DNA of 64,000 nucleotides from Polyangiaceae bacterium (GTDB lineage: Bacteria; Myxococcota_A; Polyangia; Polyangiales; Polyangiaceae): assembly GCA_965222375.1 (NCBI GenBank), contig CBDCTZ010000012.1:544001-608000 (forward strand), in the 5' to 3' direction. Below the pieces are notes generated by a model. That model saw only the letters and a list, made by a program, of their open reading frames with translations, was not told the DNA's origin and made no database searches. Position numbers and translations under genes: made by a program. Below are positions 37,890-46,385 of this stretch, in pieces. The stretch's first letter is position 1. Each line of letters starts with the position of its first letter.

Positions 37890-38518
37890 GCTGGCGAGGC
37901 TACCTGGAAGGCACGGCAGTGGCCGCATTGCTTCTGGTGGCGGCGGTGGCGACGGTTGGATCCATCTGGCTGAGCTACCGTCCCTTGGTGAAGCTGCAAC
38001 GAGCAGAGGGGCGCCACCTCGAGAAGATGGGTGGGATCCCTCGCGCGCCCAGCCTGAGCAGCCTTCGAGCCCGCGTGCAGCGCCTACCGGATTCGGATCT
38101 CCGCTCCGCCATTGGTGCCGTGCTCGATGCGGAGGATGCCGCCGAAGCCGTGTACGCCGTCACCGAGATTTCCCTTCTTGCCCAGGCCGAGGTTCGCCGA
38201 GTGGGATACCTGCCCAAAGTAGCGGGTCGAATCGCACTAGCGACGGGCAGTCTAGTTGCCCTCGTCGTGCTGTCCCAATCCATCCCGACCGGCTCCCCCG
38301 CCATCCGGGAGGCGGGCATTGCGTTCGGCATAGGGCTTCTAGGTGCCGTCATCTGCACCTTCTTGGCTCGCCGACTGGAGCAGCTCCTGGAGCGGCGCAG
38401 GGAGCTGTGGACCCGCCTCCTCGACGCGCTCGGCCATCTTGCCGAAGGCACACATTTGCCTACAGTGGAATTGGACGGGAAAAACCCATCAGTGGACCTC
38501 CAGCCCGAGCCTGACTAA
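37886..38518 (+). CDS. Three-TM membrane protein, divergent MotA/TolQ/ExbB-like
   Basis: N-terminal TM, cytoplasmic helical region, TM hairpin ending AIREAGIAFGIGLLGAV (compare GISEAL.TTA.GL..A); TTGA overlap. Confidence 0.55.
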   Translation: MSWRGYLEGTAVAALLLVAAVATVGSIWLSYRPLVKLQRAEGRHLEKMGGIPRAPSLSSLRARVQRLPDSDLRSAIGAVLDAEDAAEAVYAVTEISLLAQAEVRRVGYLPKVAGRIALATGSLVALVVLSQSIPTGSPAIREAGIAFGIGLLGAVICTFLARRLEQLLERRRELWTRLLDALGHLAEGTHLPTVELDGKNPSVDLQPEPD

Positions 38519-38536
38519 TCTAAGTCGCGAGCAAGC

Positions 38537-38565
38537 GGAACTTTCGGGTGCGGCCCGTTGTCTGA
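38537..38565 (+). promoter_or_regulatory. sigmaE/AlgU-type ECF promoter upstream of the GltG-like gene
   Basis: GGAACTT (38537-38543), 16 nt, GTCTGA (38560-38565); intergenic, 54 nt before ATG 38620. Confidence 0.7.
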
Positions 38566-38619
38566 CGCCCGTTGCCCCACGCCTATCGTGGGGCCTTCGA
38601 AGACCCTCTAGGAGAACCG

Positions 38620-40041
38620 ATGACCCAGCAGCCCTACCCAACCCCAGGTGGCGCCCAACGTCCGGGGCAGATGACGGCCGTGATGCGGGCCGTCGCCCTT
38701 TCCGGGCCGAAGGTGCTGCGAATTGGTTTGGTGCAAGGTGGCCGCATCATCGAAGAGCGCATCATCAAACAGCGCACGCATGTCACAGTGGGTCCGAGCG
38801 AGAAGAGCATGTTCGTGATCGCCACGCAGAACGTGCCCCCGAGCTTCCGTTTGTTCGAGTTGGTCGGCAACGAGTACCAGTTGAATTTCCTAGACGGAAT
38901 GACGGGTCGAATCGCGCTGCCCACCGGCATTTCCGATCTGAACATGCTCAAGGGGCAAGCACGTCGTACGCCTCAAGGCGCGTACCAGGTTCGCCTGACC
39001 GAAGACTCCCGTGGCAAGGTTGTCGTGGGCAACACGACGATCCTGTTTCAGTTCGTCACCCCTCCGCCGGTGCAGCCAAAACCGCAATTGCCGGTGAGTG
39101 TTACGAGCGGGGCCACCAGTATCGACTGGGGCACGACGATGATTGCGGCGTTCTCGTTCTTGCTCCACTTCCTGGCTATCGGCGCGATCTACTCGGACTG
39201 GCTCGATCCCGTCATCGATGATGAGGTGAACGTAGCTGGGTTGGTAGACTCGGTGAAATCTCTGCCGCCACCACCGCCCATCGAAGAAGCCGAAATCGAT
39301 CCGGATGCGAACGCCGAAAAGGCAGAAAAGGCCGAAGCCCCGAAGAAGGCTGCCAAGAAAGGCGGTGGCGCCAAAGGCCAGGGCGGCAAAGCTGGTCCCA
39401 TGTCAGCCGGTCAGGCCGCAAAGCTCTCTCAAGAGTTGGATCAACTCGAGATGGCCACGCTAGGCGCGCTGTCGAGTGAAGGCCCAGCGACGGCGGGCGT
39501 TCTCAAGGGTGGCGAAGTTCCCACGAGCGCATTGGACGCCGCTGCCGCAAGTGGTGCGGGCGTCTCCGCAGGCGGGCCGGGAAGCCTACGCCTGGGTGGC
39601 GGTGGGGGGCCGATTCGCCCCGGCACCGGCGCCGGCAGTGGCCTCGCTGGTCTAGCCAATACCGGTAAAGGCAAGGGCACCGGCGGCTCCGGTGACGTCA
39701 AGAAGGTCAAGGGACCGAGGGGTAGCGCTGCAGTTGGTGGAGCCGCGGTCAGTGGCGGCACCGTAAGCAATGCTTCGCGCGTCGTCGCAGGGATGCGTGC
39801 AGGCTTCCGAGCTTGCTACAATCGCGGCTTGGCCGTGAACCCGGACGCCCAAGGTAGTATTCGTCTGACCATCCGAGTTGGCCCCGGTGGTGAGGTACAG
39901 GGGGTCAGCGCCGGTGCGAGCGGCAATTTGCCAGGGTCCGTGGTGAGCTGTGTGCGGTCCCGAGCGTCCGCGGCTCAGTTCGACCCACCGGAGGGTGGCA
40001 GTGCCGTGATCAATGTGCCGGTGAGCTTCGTCAAGCAATAG
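38620..40041 (+). CDS. GltG/PglI-like TonB/TolA-type energy transducer
   Basis: RBS AGGAGA; cytoplasmic beta-domain (VLRIGLVQGGRIIEER), TM with S-x3-H (SFLLH), Pro/Gly-rich linker, TonB_C/AgmX-like end (RACY...G...V...G.V...CV...F.PP.GG...P..F). Confidence 0.85.
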   Translation: MTQQPYPTPGGAQRPGQMTAVMRAVALSGPKVLRIGLVQGGRIIEERIIKQRTHVTVGPSEKSMFVIATQNVPPSFRLFELVGNEYQLNFLDGMTGRIALPTGISDLNMLKGQARRTPQGAYQVRLTEDSRGKVVVGNTTILFQFVTPPPVQPKPQLPVSVTSGATSIDWGTTMIAAFSFLLHFLAIGAIYSDWLDPVIDDEVNVAGLVDSVKSLPPPPPIEEAEIDPDANAEKAEKAEAPKKAAKKGGGAKGQGGKAGPMSAGQAAKLSQELDQLEMATLGALSSEGPATAGVLKGGEVPTSALDAAAASGAGVSAGGPGSLRLGGGGGPIRPGTGAGSGLAGLANTGKGKGTGGSGDVKKVKGPRGSAAVGGAAVSGGTVSNASRVVAGMRAGFRACYNRGLAVNPDAQGSIRLTIRVGPGGEVQGVSAGASGNLPGSVVSCVRSRASAAQFDPPEGGSAVINVPVSFVKQ

Positions 40042-40274
40042 CCACCCGCGAGGCGTTCGAGGCGCCGTCTACACCCAGAATCGAGCTCAGGCTCGGACGG
40101 TGCTCCATGAATGAGCCCTGGGCCCGTTCTGATCTACTGCCCCCAGGACGTTTGGGATGAATACCCAGGGGGTGGGTTGCATCGAACCAGGGTGCCACTC
40201 CTGCGCGCGCCGCCCGGGTGGCTGCCTCCCTCAAAGGTCCAAAATCATGCAACTTTTCCGGAAAAAGCGCTTCG

Positions 40275-40303
40275 TTGACAGCACAAAACCCGCTCCCTAT
40301 ACT
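40275..40303 (+). promoter_or_regulatory. Near-consensus sigma70 promoter for the exported protein/beta-barrel/OPX unit
   Basis: TTGACA (40275-40280), 17 nt, TATACT (40298-40303); RBS-like GAGGGAG before ATG 40340. Confidence 0.8.
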
Positions 40304-40339
40304 GCCGGGCGTTCCAGGGAGAGAGGGAGTCTCAGGGTA

Positions 40340-40909
40340 ATGGGAAAACGAATTTGGGCCGGAGCCGTCGCCATGAGCGTCGTCGCAGCAATGAGTGCGG
40401 CGGACGCGCAACCTGCGGGCAACGCAGGCGGCCAACAGGCGCCCGAAGTCGCGGTGCAGAACGTCGAGTCGCTCACGCTAGGGCAGATGAAGGCGCTCGC
40501 TAGCAAGTACCTGAAGGCGATGGGCCAGGATTCGGCGACCATTCGCCGGATGCTCTCGGAAGCCCGCGAAAAACGCGACGTGGTGAAGGTGCTCTGCCTG
40601 GACGACAAGCTGAATCAAGCGGATGTGGCAACGCGGTCCGCTGGGGACCGCAAACCTAATCTCGACGCAGCGGCCAAGTCCAACGACAAGGACCAGGGCA
40701 AGCACGAGTTTACTGTCATTCAAACTCTGCGCGAGCGCGTGAAAAGCCTGGTGGCGGAAGCGAATCAGTGCATCGGCGAAGAAACTGGATTCGTCGGCGA
40801 CACCGAGGTGACTGTAGACGTTGACCCCACCATTCCTGATGATCCCTCCAACTTTCCTGATGACCCGTTGATCTCTCAGCCCCCCCCGGTTAGCAGTCCC
40901 ACGCAGTGA
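40340..40909 (+). CDS. Exported helical-bundle protein with two Cys and acidic/Pro-rich tail
   Basis: Signal peptide ending ADA; KRDVVKVLCLDDKL...EANQCIGE; start set by promoter and RBS. Confidence 0.75.
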   Translation: MGKRIWAGAVAMSVVAAMSAADAQPAGNAGGQQAPEVAVQNVESLTLGQMKALASKYLKAMGQDSATIRRMLSEAREKRDVVKVLCLDDKLNQADVATRSAGDRKPNLDAAAKSNDKDQGKHEFTVIQTLRERVKSLVAEANQCIGEETGFVGDTEVTVDVDPTIPDDPSNFPDDPLISQPPPVSSPTQ

Positions 40910-40910
40910 C

Positions 40911-40951
40911 CCCGACGTGGGAATTGCGCGGGGGCGCTCTTCCCACTCGGG
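40911..40951 (+). other. Long imperfect intergenic hairpin
   Basis: CCCGA-c-GTGGGAA-tt-GCGC-gggg-GCGC-tc-TTCCCAC-TCGGG; no U-tract. Confidence 0.55.
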
Positions 40952-40962
40952 CCTGAACCACG

Positions 40963-42324
40963 ATGAAACTACGCGCCTTTCTTGTGGCGACGCTTGGCGT
41001 CGCATCCCTGACTCTTTCCGCGTCGGCTCAAAACCAGCCGTGGCTGAAGGACCGAGCTACCGGCGAAGGCATTGGCATTCGCACCGGCAACCTCGAGCTG
41101 CACCCGTCGGTATCCGGCGAGTTGGGTTACGACTCCAACTACTTCCAGCGTGCCGATGACGAAGACCCGATCATTTCGATGATTCGGCTGCGTATTACGC
41201 CGTCGCTGACTCTGAGCACTTTGGGTGCACAGCGGCGTGGTGATGGCGGGAACGCGGCTCCACCAAAACTCACATTCAGAGCGGGCGTGTTCGGGGCATA
41301 CAACGAGCTGTTTGCTACAGACTCGGATTTTTCTGACGAGGCTAGTGAGCAGCGGCACTTCAATGCGGGTGCGAACTTCGCGTTGGACGTGCTGCCGCAG
41401 CGTCCCTGGGGCTTCGATCTGTACGGTGACTACTTGCGCACCGTTGAGCCCTCCAACGTGATTACGGCTGAGAGCTCTTTCGACCGGGACACGCTGCGAT
41501 TGGGATTGGGTGTGAACGCACGCCCTGGTGGTGGGCTATTCGAATGGCGCCTCGGCTACGAGATCGTCTACAGCTACTTTGAGCGTGATGCATTCCAGGA
41601 GCTCAACAACGCGCAGCACTACGTGAAGACTCGCGGTCGCTGGCGCTTCCTGCCCCGGACTGCACTTCTCTACGACGGACATATTGGCTTCTTGCGCTAC
41701 TCGGATGCGACGACTCAAAACGACTCGCAGGTTGTCCAATCGCGGATCGGGGTCAACGGGTTGGTCACCAACTCTTTTGCGTTGTTGGCAATGGGTGGCT
41801 GGACTGCCAGCTTCTACGACAGCACGAACACGCCGCAGCGGAACTACGAGGGTCCCGTGGTTCACGCTGAGGTCAAGTGGTTCCTGTTGCCTCAACCCAA
41901 GTTGCAGCCTGGTGACGCGACAGTGGGCTTGGCATCCATCGCCGTGGGTTACAATCGAGACTACTCCAACAGCTATCTAGGCGACTACTACCGACGCGAC
42001 CGCGGGTACGGAAACTTCCAGTATTTCATTGGTGGCGGCCGGGTCCTCCTCAGTGCCGAAGGCGGCTTGAGCCACATAACCCATTCGGAATCCTTCTTCC
42101 CGAACGGCACCGTGCGAAACGCGAGTTTCGGAGAAAACCGCGTGGACGCGCAGGCCTTCGTTGAATATCGGCCCAGCGATACCGTTGGGTTGAACCTGAC
42201 GGGGCGCTACAACGCGGCCCTCGACGACAATCGGGTTCGAACCAACCAGACCGATCCGACCCTGACGGACAACCTGCAGTTCTCGCGCTACGAAGTCTGG
42301 CTCGGCGCGCGCTGGTTCATGTGA
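40963..42324 (+). CDS. Outer-membrane beta-barrel, EpsX/Wzp/ExoB-like polysaccharide porin
   Basis: Signal peptide; LELHPSV..ELGYDSN start; alternating Tyr/Arg-rich strands; C-terminal WLGARWFM; adjacent to OPX. Confidence 0.75.
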   Translation: MKLRAFLVATLGVASLTLSASAQNQPWLKDRATGEGIGIRTGNLELHPSVSGELGYDSNYFQRADDEDPIISMIRLRITPSLTLSTLGAQRRGDGGNAAPPKLTFRAGVFGAYNELFATDSDFSDEASEQRHFNAGANFALDVLPQRPWGFDLYGDYLRTVEPSNVITAESSFDRDTLRLGLGVNARPGGGLFEWRLGYEIVYSYFERDAFQELNNAQHYVKTRGRWRFLPRTALLYDGHIGFLRYSDATTQNDSQVVQSRIGVNGLVTNSFALLAMGGWTASFYDSTNTPQRNYEGPVVHAEVKWFLLPQPKLQPGDATVGLASIAVGYNRDYSNSYLGDYYRRDRGYGNFQYFIGGGRVLLSAEGGLSHITHSESFFPNGTVRNASFGENRVDAQAFVEYRPSDTVGLNLTGRYNAALDDNRVRTNQTDPTLTDNLQFSRYEVWLGARWFM

Positions 42325-42405
42325 TCGAACCCGGAGCGAGGTTCGGTCGTCACTTTCGCGTGGGCTGAACGCCCGGGCACTTTCGCGCCACTCACGCTTT
42401 GCTCC

Positions 42406-43002
42406 ATGTATTTCGCCCGCATCGGTTTGATCTTCTTTTCGCTCCTGGCGCTGCTGGGCTGCGGTTCGGCCATGGACAACAGCCACGTCAAGTTGGCGGA
42501 GCCCATGGAAAGCACGACCCTGGGCCCCGGCGACGTGTTTCAAATGCAGATCGTCGGCGAAAAGGACCTTCCTGAGGAGTACCAGGTCGCGTCGGACGGC
42601 AGCGTGGACCTACCATACATCCAGACCGTGAAGGTCTCTGGCCTCGAGCCCCAGGAACTGTCACGGCTAATCCGAGAGAAACTGATCCAGAAGAAGATTC
42701 TGACGGACCCCAGCGTGGTGGTCTCGGTCAAGGAGTACAACAGCAAGCGCATTACGGTTCTGGGCCAGGTGCAGAAGCCAGGGAGCTTTCCACTGACTCC
42801 TGGTTTGACGTTGATCCAAGCTGTGAGTCAGGCTGGCGGGCTCACATCCATCGCCAACAAAGACCGTGTCAACCTCACGCGGCTGACCAAGAGCGGGTCC
42901 CAGACCGAGGTGCTCAGCGTGGATGCCATCACCGAGGGTCGGTCCAAGGATTTCCCGCTACAAGCTGGTGATCAAATCTACGTCCACGAGCGGGTGTTCT
43001 GA
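42406..43002 (+). CDS. Short OPX (Wza-family) polysaccharide export lipoprotein lacking the C-terminal OM helix
   Basis: Lipobox LLGC; PES motif LGPGD...V..DG.V.LPYI..V.V.G; one SLBB domain; ends LQAGDQIYVHERVF. Confidence 0.9.
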   Translation: MYFARIGLIFFSLLALLGCGSAMDNSHVKLAEPMESTTLGPGDVFQMQIVGEKDLPEEYQVASDGSVDLPYIQTVKVSGLEPQELSRLIREKLIQKKILTDPSVVVSVKEYNSKRITVLGQVQKPGSFPLTPGLTLIQAVSQAGGLTSIANKDRVNLTRLTKSGSQTEVLSVDAITEGRSKDFPLQAGDQIYVHERVF

Positions 43003-43016
43003 GCCGGCAGCCGGCC

Positions 43017-44000
43017 TCAGGGGGAGGCAGCTGGTGCGTAGCGCACCACAAATACGCCCCGTATCCGTGGTGCCGTCAGACCAGCGAAGGCTTCGGATTC
43101 TCCGTCTCGATCGCCTGATGAGAGCGGCAGGGCGGTGCCGCCTCCCACTTGGAGCACGAGGCCTGGATCGGAAAACGGTGCCGAGCGGACGGAAAACAGC
43201 CACTCGGCTGGGGCGAGCACAGCACCGTCGGGTTGACCCACCAAGGAGCTCCGCAGATGGCCCTCCAGAGCTACCGAGAGGCGTTGTCGTTGCAGAATGT
43301 GCGCGGCCGCCCCCAGCGCTGAGGTGAGCTCTGAGCCCCAGCGTGCGGACGCGAAGGGGACTGGGCGGCGCAGCCGTGCGCCGACAGACCCAGCCAGCTC
43401 CACGGAACTAAGGTCAGCGCCAAAGGTCACGCGGGGGGATAGTCCGAGCCCGGCATCTCCGGCCAAGACGTGTTCGTCTCCCAGGGGGACGACAATGTCG
43501 GCTTGCGCGCGCATGGATCCAACCGAGGAGAGGCGCAGGCTGTAGGCGGCGCCCACGCGGGGGTCGCGCACCGCTGCGCCGGGGAGCGGCGCACTCACCC
43601 GGGACGCAATGGCCTCGGTGCCCGCTCCGTCCTGCACGGGCGAGAAGGGAGCGGCCAACATGACCTCGAGTCCGTCCACGGGTGCATAGCCCGTGACCAG
43701 CGTCGTGGTCACCAGATGGCGTACGACATTGATGTCGCGGCCATCCGGGTCGGGTGAAGGTACGTTGAGGACGATGGGCTTGTGTGCGTAACTCGTTGCC
43801 AGGACCACGCTGACGCTGCTGGCGGGAGCGACCGCTGTTGGCTCGATCGCGACAAACTGTGCGCGCCCGCTCGCGATCCACAGCGCTTCCGCATCCAAAC
43901 ACGGGCTCACGCCGCCCGCGGGGTCGCAATCTGTTGCCAGCACGGGAGGACACATCAGCGCAGCGCAGACGGCGGTAGACAACAGCGGCAGCAATCGCAT
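43017..44000 (-). CDS. Putative outer-membrane beta-barrel protein
   Basis: Signal peptide, N-terminal C-x8-C, SYA..P.V, DPRVG, amphipathic strands, terminal VVRYAP. Confidence 0.6.
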   Translation of the reverse strand: MRLLPLLSTAVCAALMCPPVLATDCDPAGGVSPCLDAEALWIASGRAQFVAIEPTAVAPASSVSVVLATSYAHKPIVLNVPSPDPDGRDINVVRHLVTTTLVTGYAPVDGLEVMLAAPFSPVQDGAGTEAIASRVSAPLPGAAVRDPRVGAAYSLRLSSVGSMRAQADIVVPLGDEHVLAGDAGLGLSPRVTFGADLSSVELAGSVGARLRRPVPFASARWGSELTSALGAAAHILQRQRLSVALEGHLRSSLVGQPDGAVLAPAEWLFSVRSAPFSDPGLVLQVGGGTALPLSSGDRDGESEAFAGLTAPRIRGVFVVRYAPAASP

Positions 44001-44115
44001 CGGCTCGCCGAGTTTTGTCGGCTCTGCTTTCGGTGTCGAGACAAAGCACGCACCGGCAGACCCCGGGTAGCGCTCGCGGCTCACATTGTCCGGCTTTTTG
44101 TGTTACCGGACGCTC

Positions 44116-44742
44116 ATGTCGCCTTCGGGCAAGGCCAAGGCGCCGATCACGCCAAAGCGCCCTCTACTGCTCGGTTCGGGGTCGCCGCGACGTCGCGAGC
44201 TGCTGGCGCAAGTCAGGATCCCGCTGCTCGTCCATCCTCCCGTCGTGGATGAGACATTGCGGGCCTCCGAGAGCCCCGAGGCGTACTTGAAGCGTGTCGT
44301 CCAGGCCAAGCTGAGCGCCGTTGGCGGCAGTGAGCACGTTGCTGGAGCGGCCGCTTGGCTGTGCGCGGACACCTGCGTAACCGCTGACGGCAAGATCTTG
44401 GGCAAGCCCCGAGATTCCGTGGACGCCATGGAGATGCTGCAGCTTCTGGAGGGCCGCGGCCATGAGGTCATGACGCGCTACTCTATTCGCGCTGTCGGCG
44501 GAGCACGAGCCGAGCGCACGATCTGCACGACAGTGCACATGCGAGGGGCGAGTTTGGATGAGTTGCGACGCTACGTTGCCACTGGGGAAGGCGTCGACAA
44601 GGCAGGCAGCTACGCCATTCAAGGTGTTGGTGCCTTCCTCGTATCCAAGATCGAAGGCTCCTATTCGAACGTGGTTGGTCTACCTATTTGTGAAGTGGTC
44701 GGCGACCTTCTGCGCCTGGATCTGCTGGAAGAGTTCCCGTGA
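44116..44742 (+). CDS. maf: Maf-family nucleoside triphosphate pyrophosphatase
   Basis: LGSGSPRRRELL, ADT.V..DG.ILGKP, DKAGSYAIQG, G.YSNVVGLP. Confidence 0.93.
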   Translation: MSPSGKAKAPITPKRPLLLGSGSPRRRELLAQVRIPLLVHPPVVDETLRASESPEAYLKRVVQAKLSAVGGSEHVAGAAAWLCADTCVTADGKILGKPRDSVDAMEMLQLLEGRGHEVMTRYSIRAVGGARAERTICTTVHMRGASLDELRRYVATGEGVDKAGSYAIQGVGAFLVSKIEGSYSNVVGLPICEVVGDLLRLDLLEEFP

Positions 44743-46124
44743 ACCGAGCCGCGCCACTACGCGACGGCCTCCTGATTGCACTGTTGGGCCTGATCGTTCG
44801 GCTTGGCGTAGTGCTTTGGGGTAGCGGCCGCTTTCCCCCGAGCGAAGACGGGCGCTTTTATCACACCCTTGCCAGGCGCATCGCGGCGGGGGAGGGCTAT
44901 AGCTGGCTGTGGCCCGACGGAGTCGTCACGCCAGTTACCCACTACCCGGTGGGCTACCCCGGAATTGTCGCCGCCCTGTACGCCGGCTTTGGGTCGGCAC
45001 CTTGGGTTGCCATGAGTTTGAATGCAGTCCTCGGCGCGGTGGGAGTCCTTGCGGCCCATCAGGTTGCGTCGCGGGGCGCGTCGCGGCGTGGTGCGGCATT
45101 GGCGGCACTGCTGGTTGCTGCTCATCCCGGGTTGGTGCTGTACACGCCCGCCGTGATGACCGAAGGTGTTTCCGCAGCGCTGCTCGCCGTCGGCGCTTGG
45201 CTGTGCGTGCTGATGGCCGAGTCCCGCAAGCCAATCGGCTGGACACTGGGCGCTGGGATCGTCTTCGGGCTGTCGATTCTAGTGCGGCCCCAATTCCTCT
45301 TGCTGGCGCCCGTCTTCGCTCTCGTCGGCGCTCGGACATTCAAGGCTGCGGTCCTGCGCAGCGTGGCGGTGAGTTCAGTCGCTCTGGCCTGCGTGCTACC
45401 TTGGACCGTGAGGAACTGCCGCAGCATGGATCAATGCGTGTTCGTGAGCGCCAATGCCGGCTGGAACCTATGGATAGGCGCTCCGCCGCATGCGACGGGC
45501 ACCTTCCTTTCGGTTGCGGGTGATACGGTCCCCGTGGACTGTCGGACGGTCTTTCCAGAAGTCCAAAAAGACAGGTGCTTCGGGTCGGCAGCCTGGCGCA
45601 ACATCGCCAAAGTACCGGGCGACTGGCTCGCGCTGGTACCCAAGAAGCTCTCCCATACCTTCGACTATTGCGGCGCTGCCGGTTGGTACTTGCGGGCGGC
45701 GAATCCCGGCGCCCTATCCGAAAAGGCAAAGTGGGGCTTGGGTGCCGTCGAGACCCTGTTCCAACGGATTGTCCTGCTCTTTGCCCTGCTGAGTTTGGCC
45801 AGGCCGGGCCCAAGGCGTCGGCTTCGCCAGGGGTTGGTGGGCTGCGGCGTGGTCGCCCTTCTGACCCCCTATGCCTGGCTCAGCTACGCCGCCCTGGCTC
45901 TGGCGGCATCCGGCCTGGGCCGTCGGCTGCTCGGGTCACCACCCGCGTTTCTGGCCAGCACAGCCGTACTCGCGACGGCGCTTACTCATGCGGTCTTTTT
46001 TGGGGCCGGCCGCTATGGCATGGTGACCTTCGTGGTGCTGGCCGCCCTTTCCGGCAGCCTTTTGACAGCCAGGCCAGAGCCAGGGGATACTTCGATCCGA
46101 GGAGATACCGACGGATGCCCCTGA
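44739..46124 (+). CDS. GT-C (GT39/ArnT-like) membrane glycosyltransferase
   Basis: D..FY..LA..IA.G.GY, YPVGYP, MTE, LVRP, PWTVRN, RY near the C-terminus; about 11 TMs. Confidence 0.78.
   Translation: MNRAAPLRDGLLIALLGLIVRLGVVLWGSGRFPPSEDGRFYHTLARRIAAGEGYSWLWPDGVVTPVTHYPVGYPGIVAALYAGFGSAPWVAMSLNAVLGAVGVLAAHQVASRGASRRGAALAALLVAAHPGLVLYTPAVMTEGVSAALLAVGAWLCVLMAESRKPIGWTLGAGIVFGLSILVRPQFLLLAPVFALVGARTFKAAVLRSVAVSSVALACVLPWTVRNCRSMDQCVFVSANAGWNLWIGAPPHATGTFLSVAGDTVPVDCRTVFPEVQKDRCFGSAAWRNIAKVPGDWLALVPKKLSHTFDYCGAAGWYLRAANPGALSEKAKWGLGAVETLFQRIVLLFALLSLARPGPRRRLRQGLVGCGVVALLTPYAWLSYAALALAASGLGRRLLGSPPAFLASTAVLATALTHAVFFGAGRYGMVTFVVLAALSGSLLTARPEPGDTSIRGDTDGCP
46062..46091 (+). promoter_or_regulatory. 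Candidate internal sigma70 promoter for the 87-aa gene and the pseudouridine synthase
   Basis: TTGACA (46062-46067), 18 nt, GATACT (46086-46091); RBS GAGGAG before ATG 46115. Confidence 0.45.
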
Positions 46125-46378
46125 TCGACACGGAAGAGGCCGCGCGCCGGCTCGCTCGAGCCATCGCAAGCGATTTATCCCTATATAACGAGGAAAAGAT
46201 CGTGCGCGGGATCGAACAAGACAGCCTCTTCGGCGAACTCTCCGAAGAAATCGAAGAGGGGCGCGCGCTGTACAAGAGCCGCGTGTCCCCAGACCTCTAC
46301 GGCAAGAATTTCTACGATCGCGCTCTTTGCGACATCCTCGTGAAGTCCAAAGGGCACATCAAGAGCAAGATCTGGTGA
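46115..46378 (+). CDS. Conserved-looking small helical protein (87 aa)
   Basis: MPLIDTEEAARRLARAIASDLSLYNEEKI...EGR.LY..RV; strong RBS; hidden at the end of track ORF 45575..46378. Confidence 0.8.
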   Translation: MPLIDTEEAARRLARAIASDLSLYNEEKIVRGIEQDSLFGELSEEIEEGRALYKSRVSPDLYGKNFYDRALCDILVKSKGHIKSKIW

Positions 46379-46385
46379 GCCCAAC

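Noticed and set aside
32093..40041. Naming these genes gltD/E/F/G (canonical gliding machinery)
   Set aside because: Myxobacteria carry several paralogous clusters and gltI/J are not adjacent; orthology cannot be decided without phylogeny.
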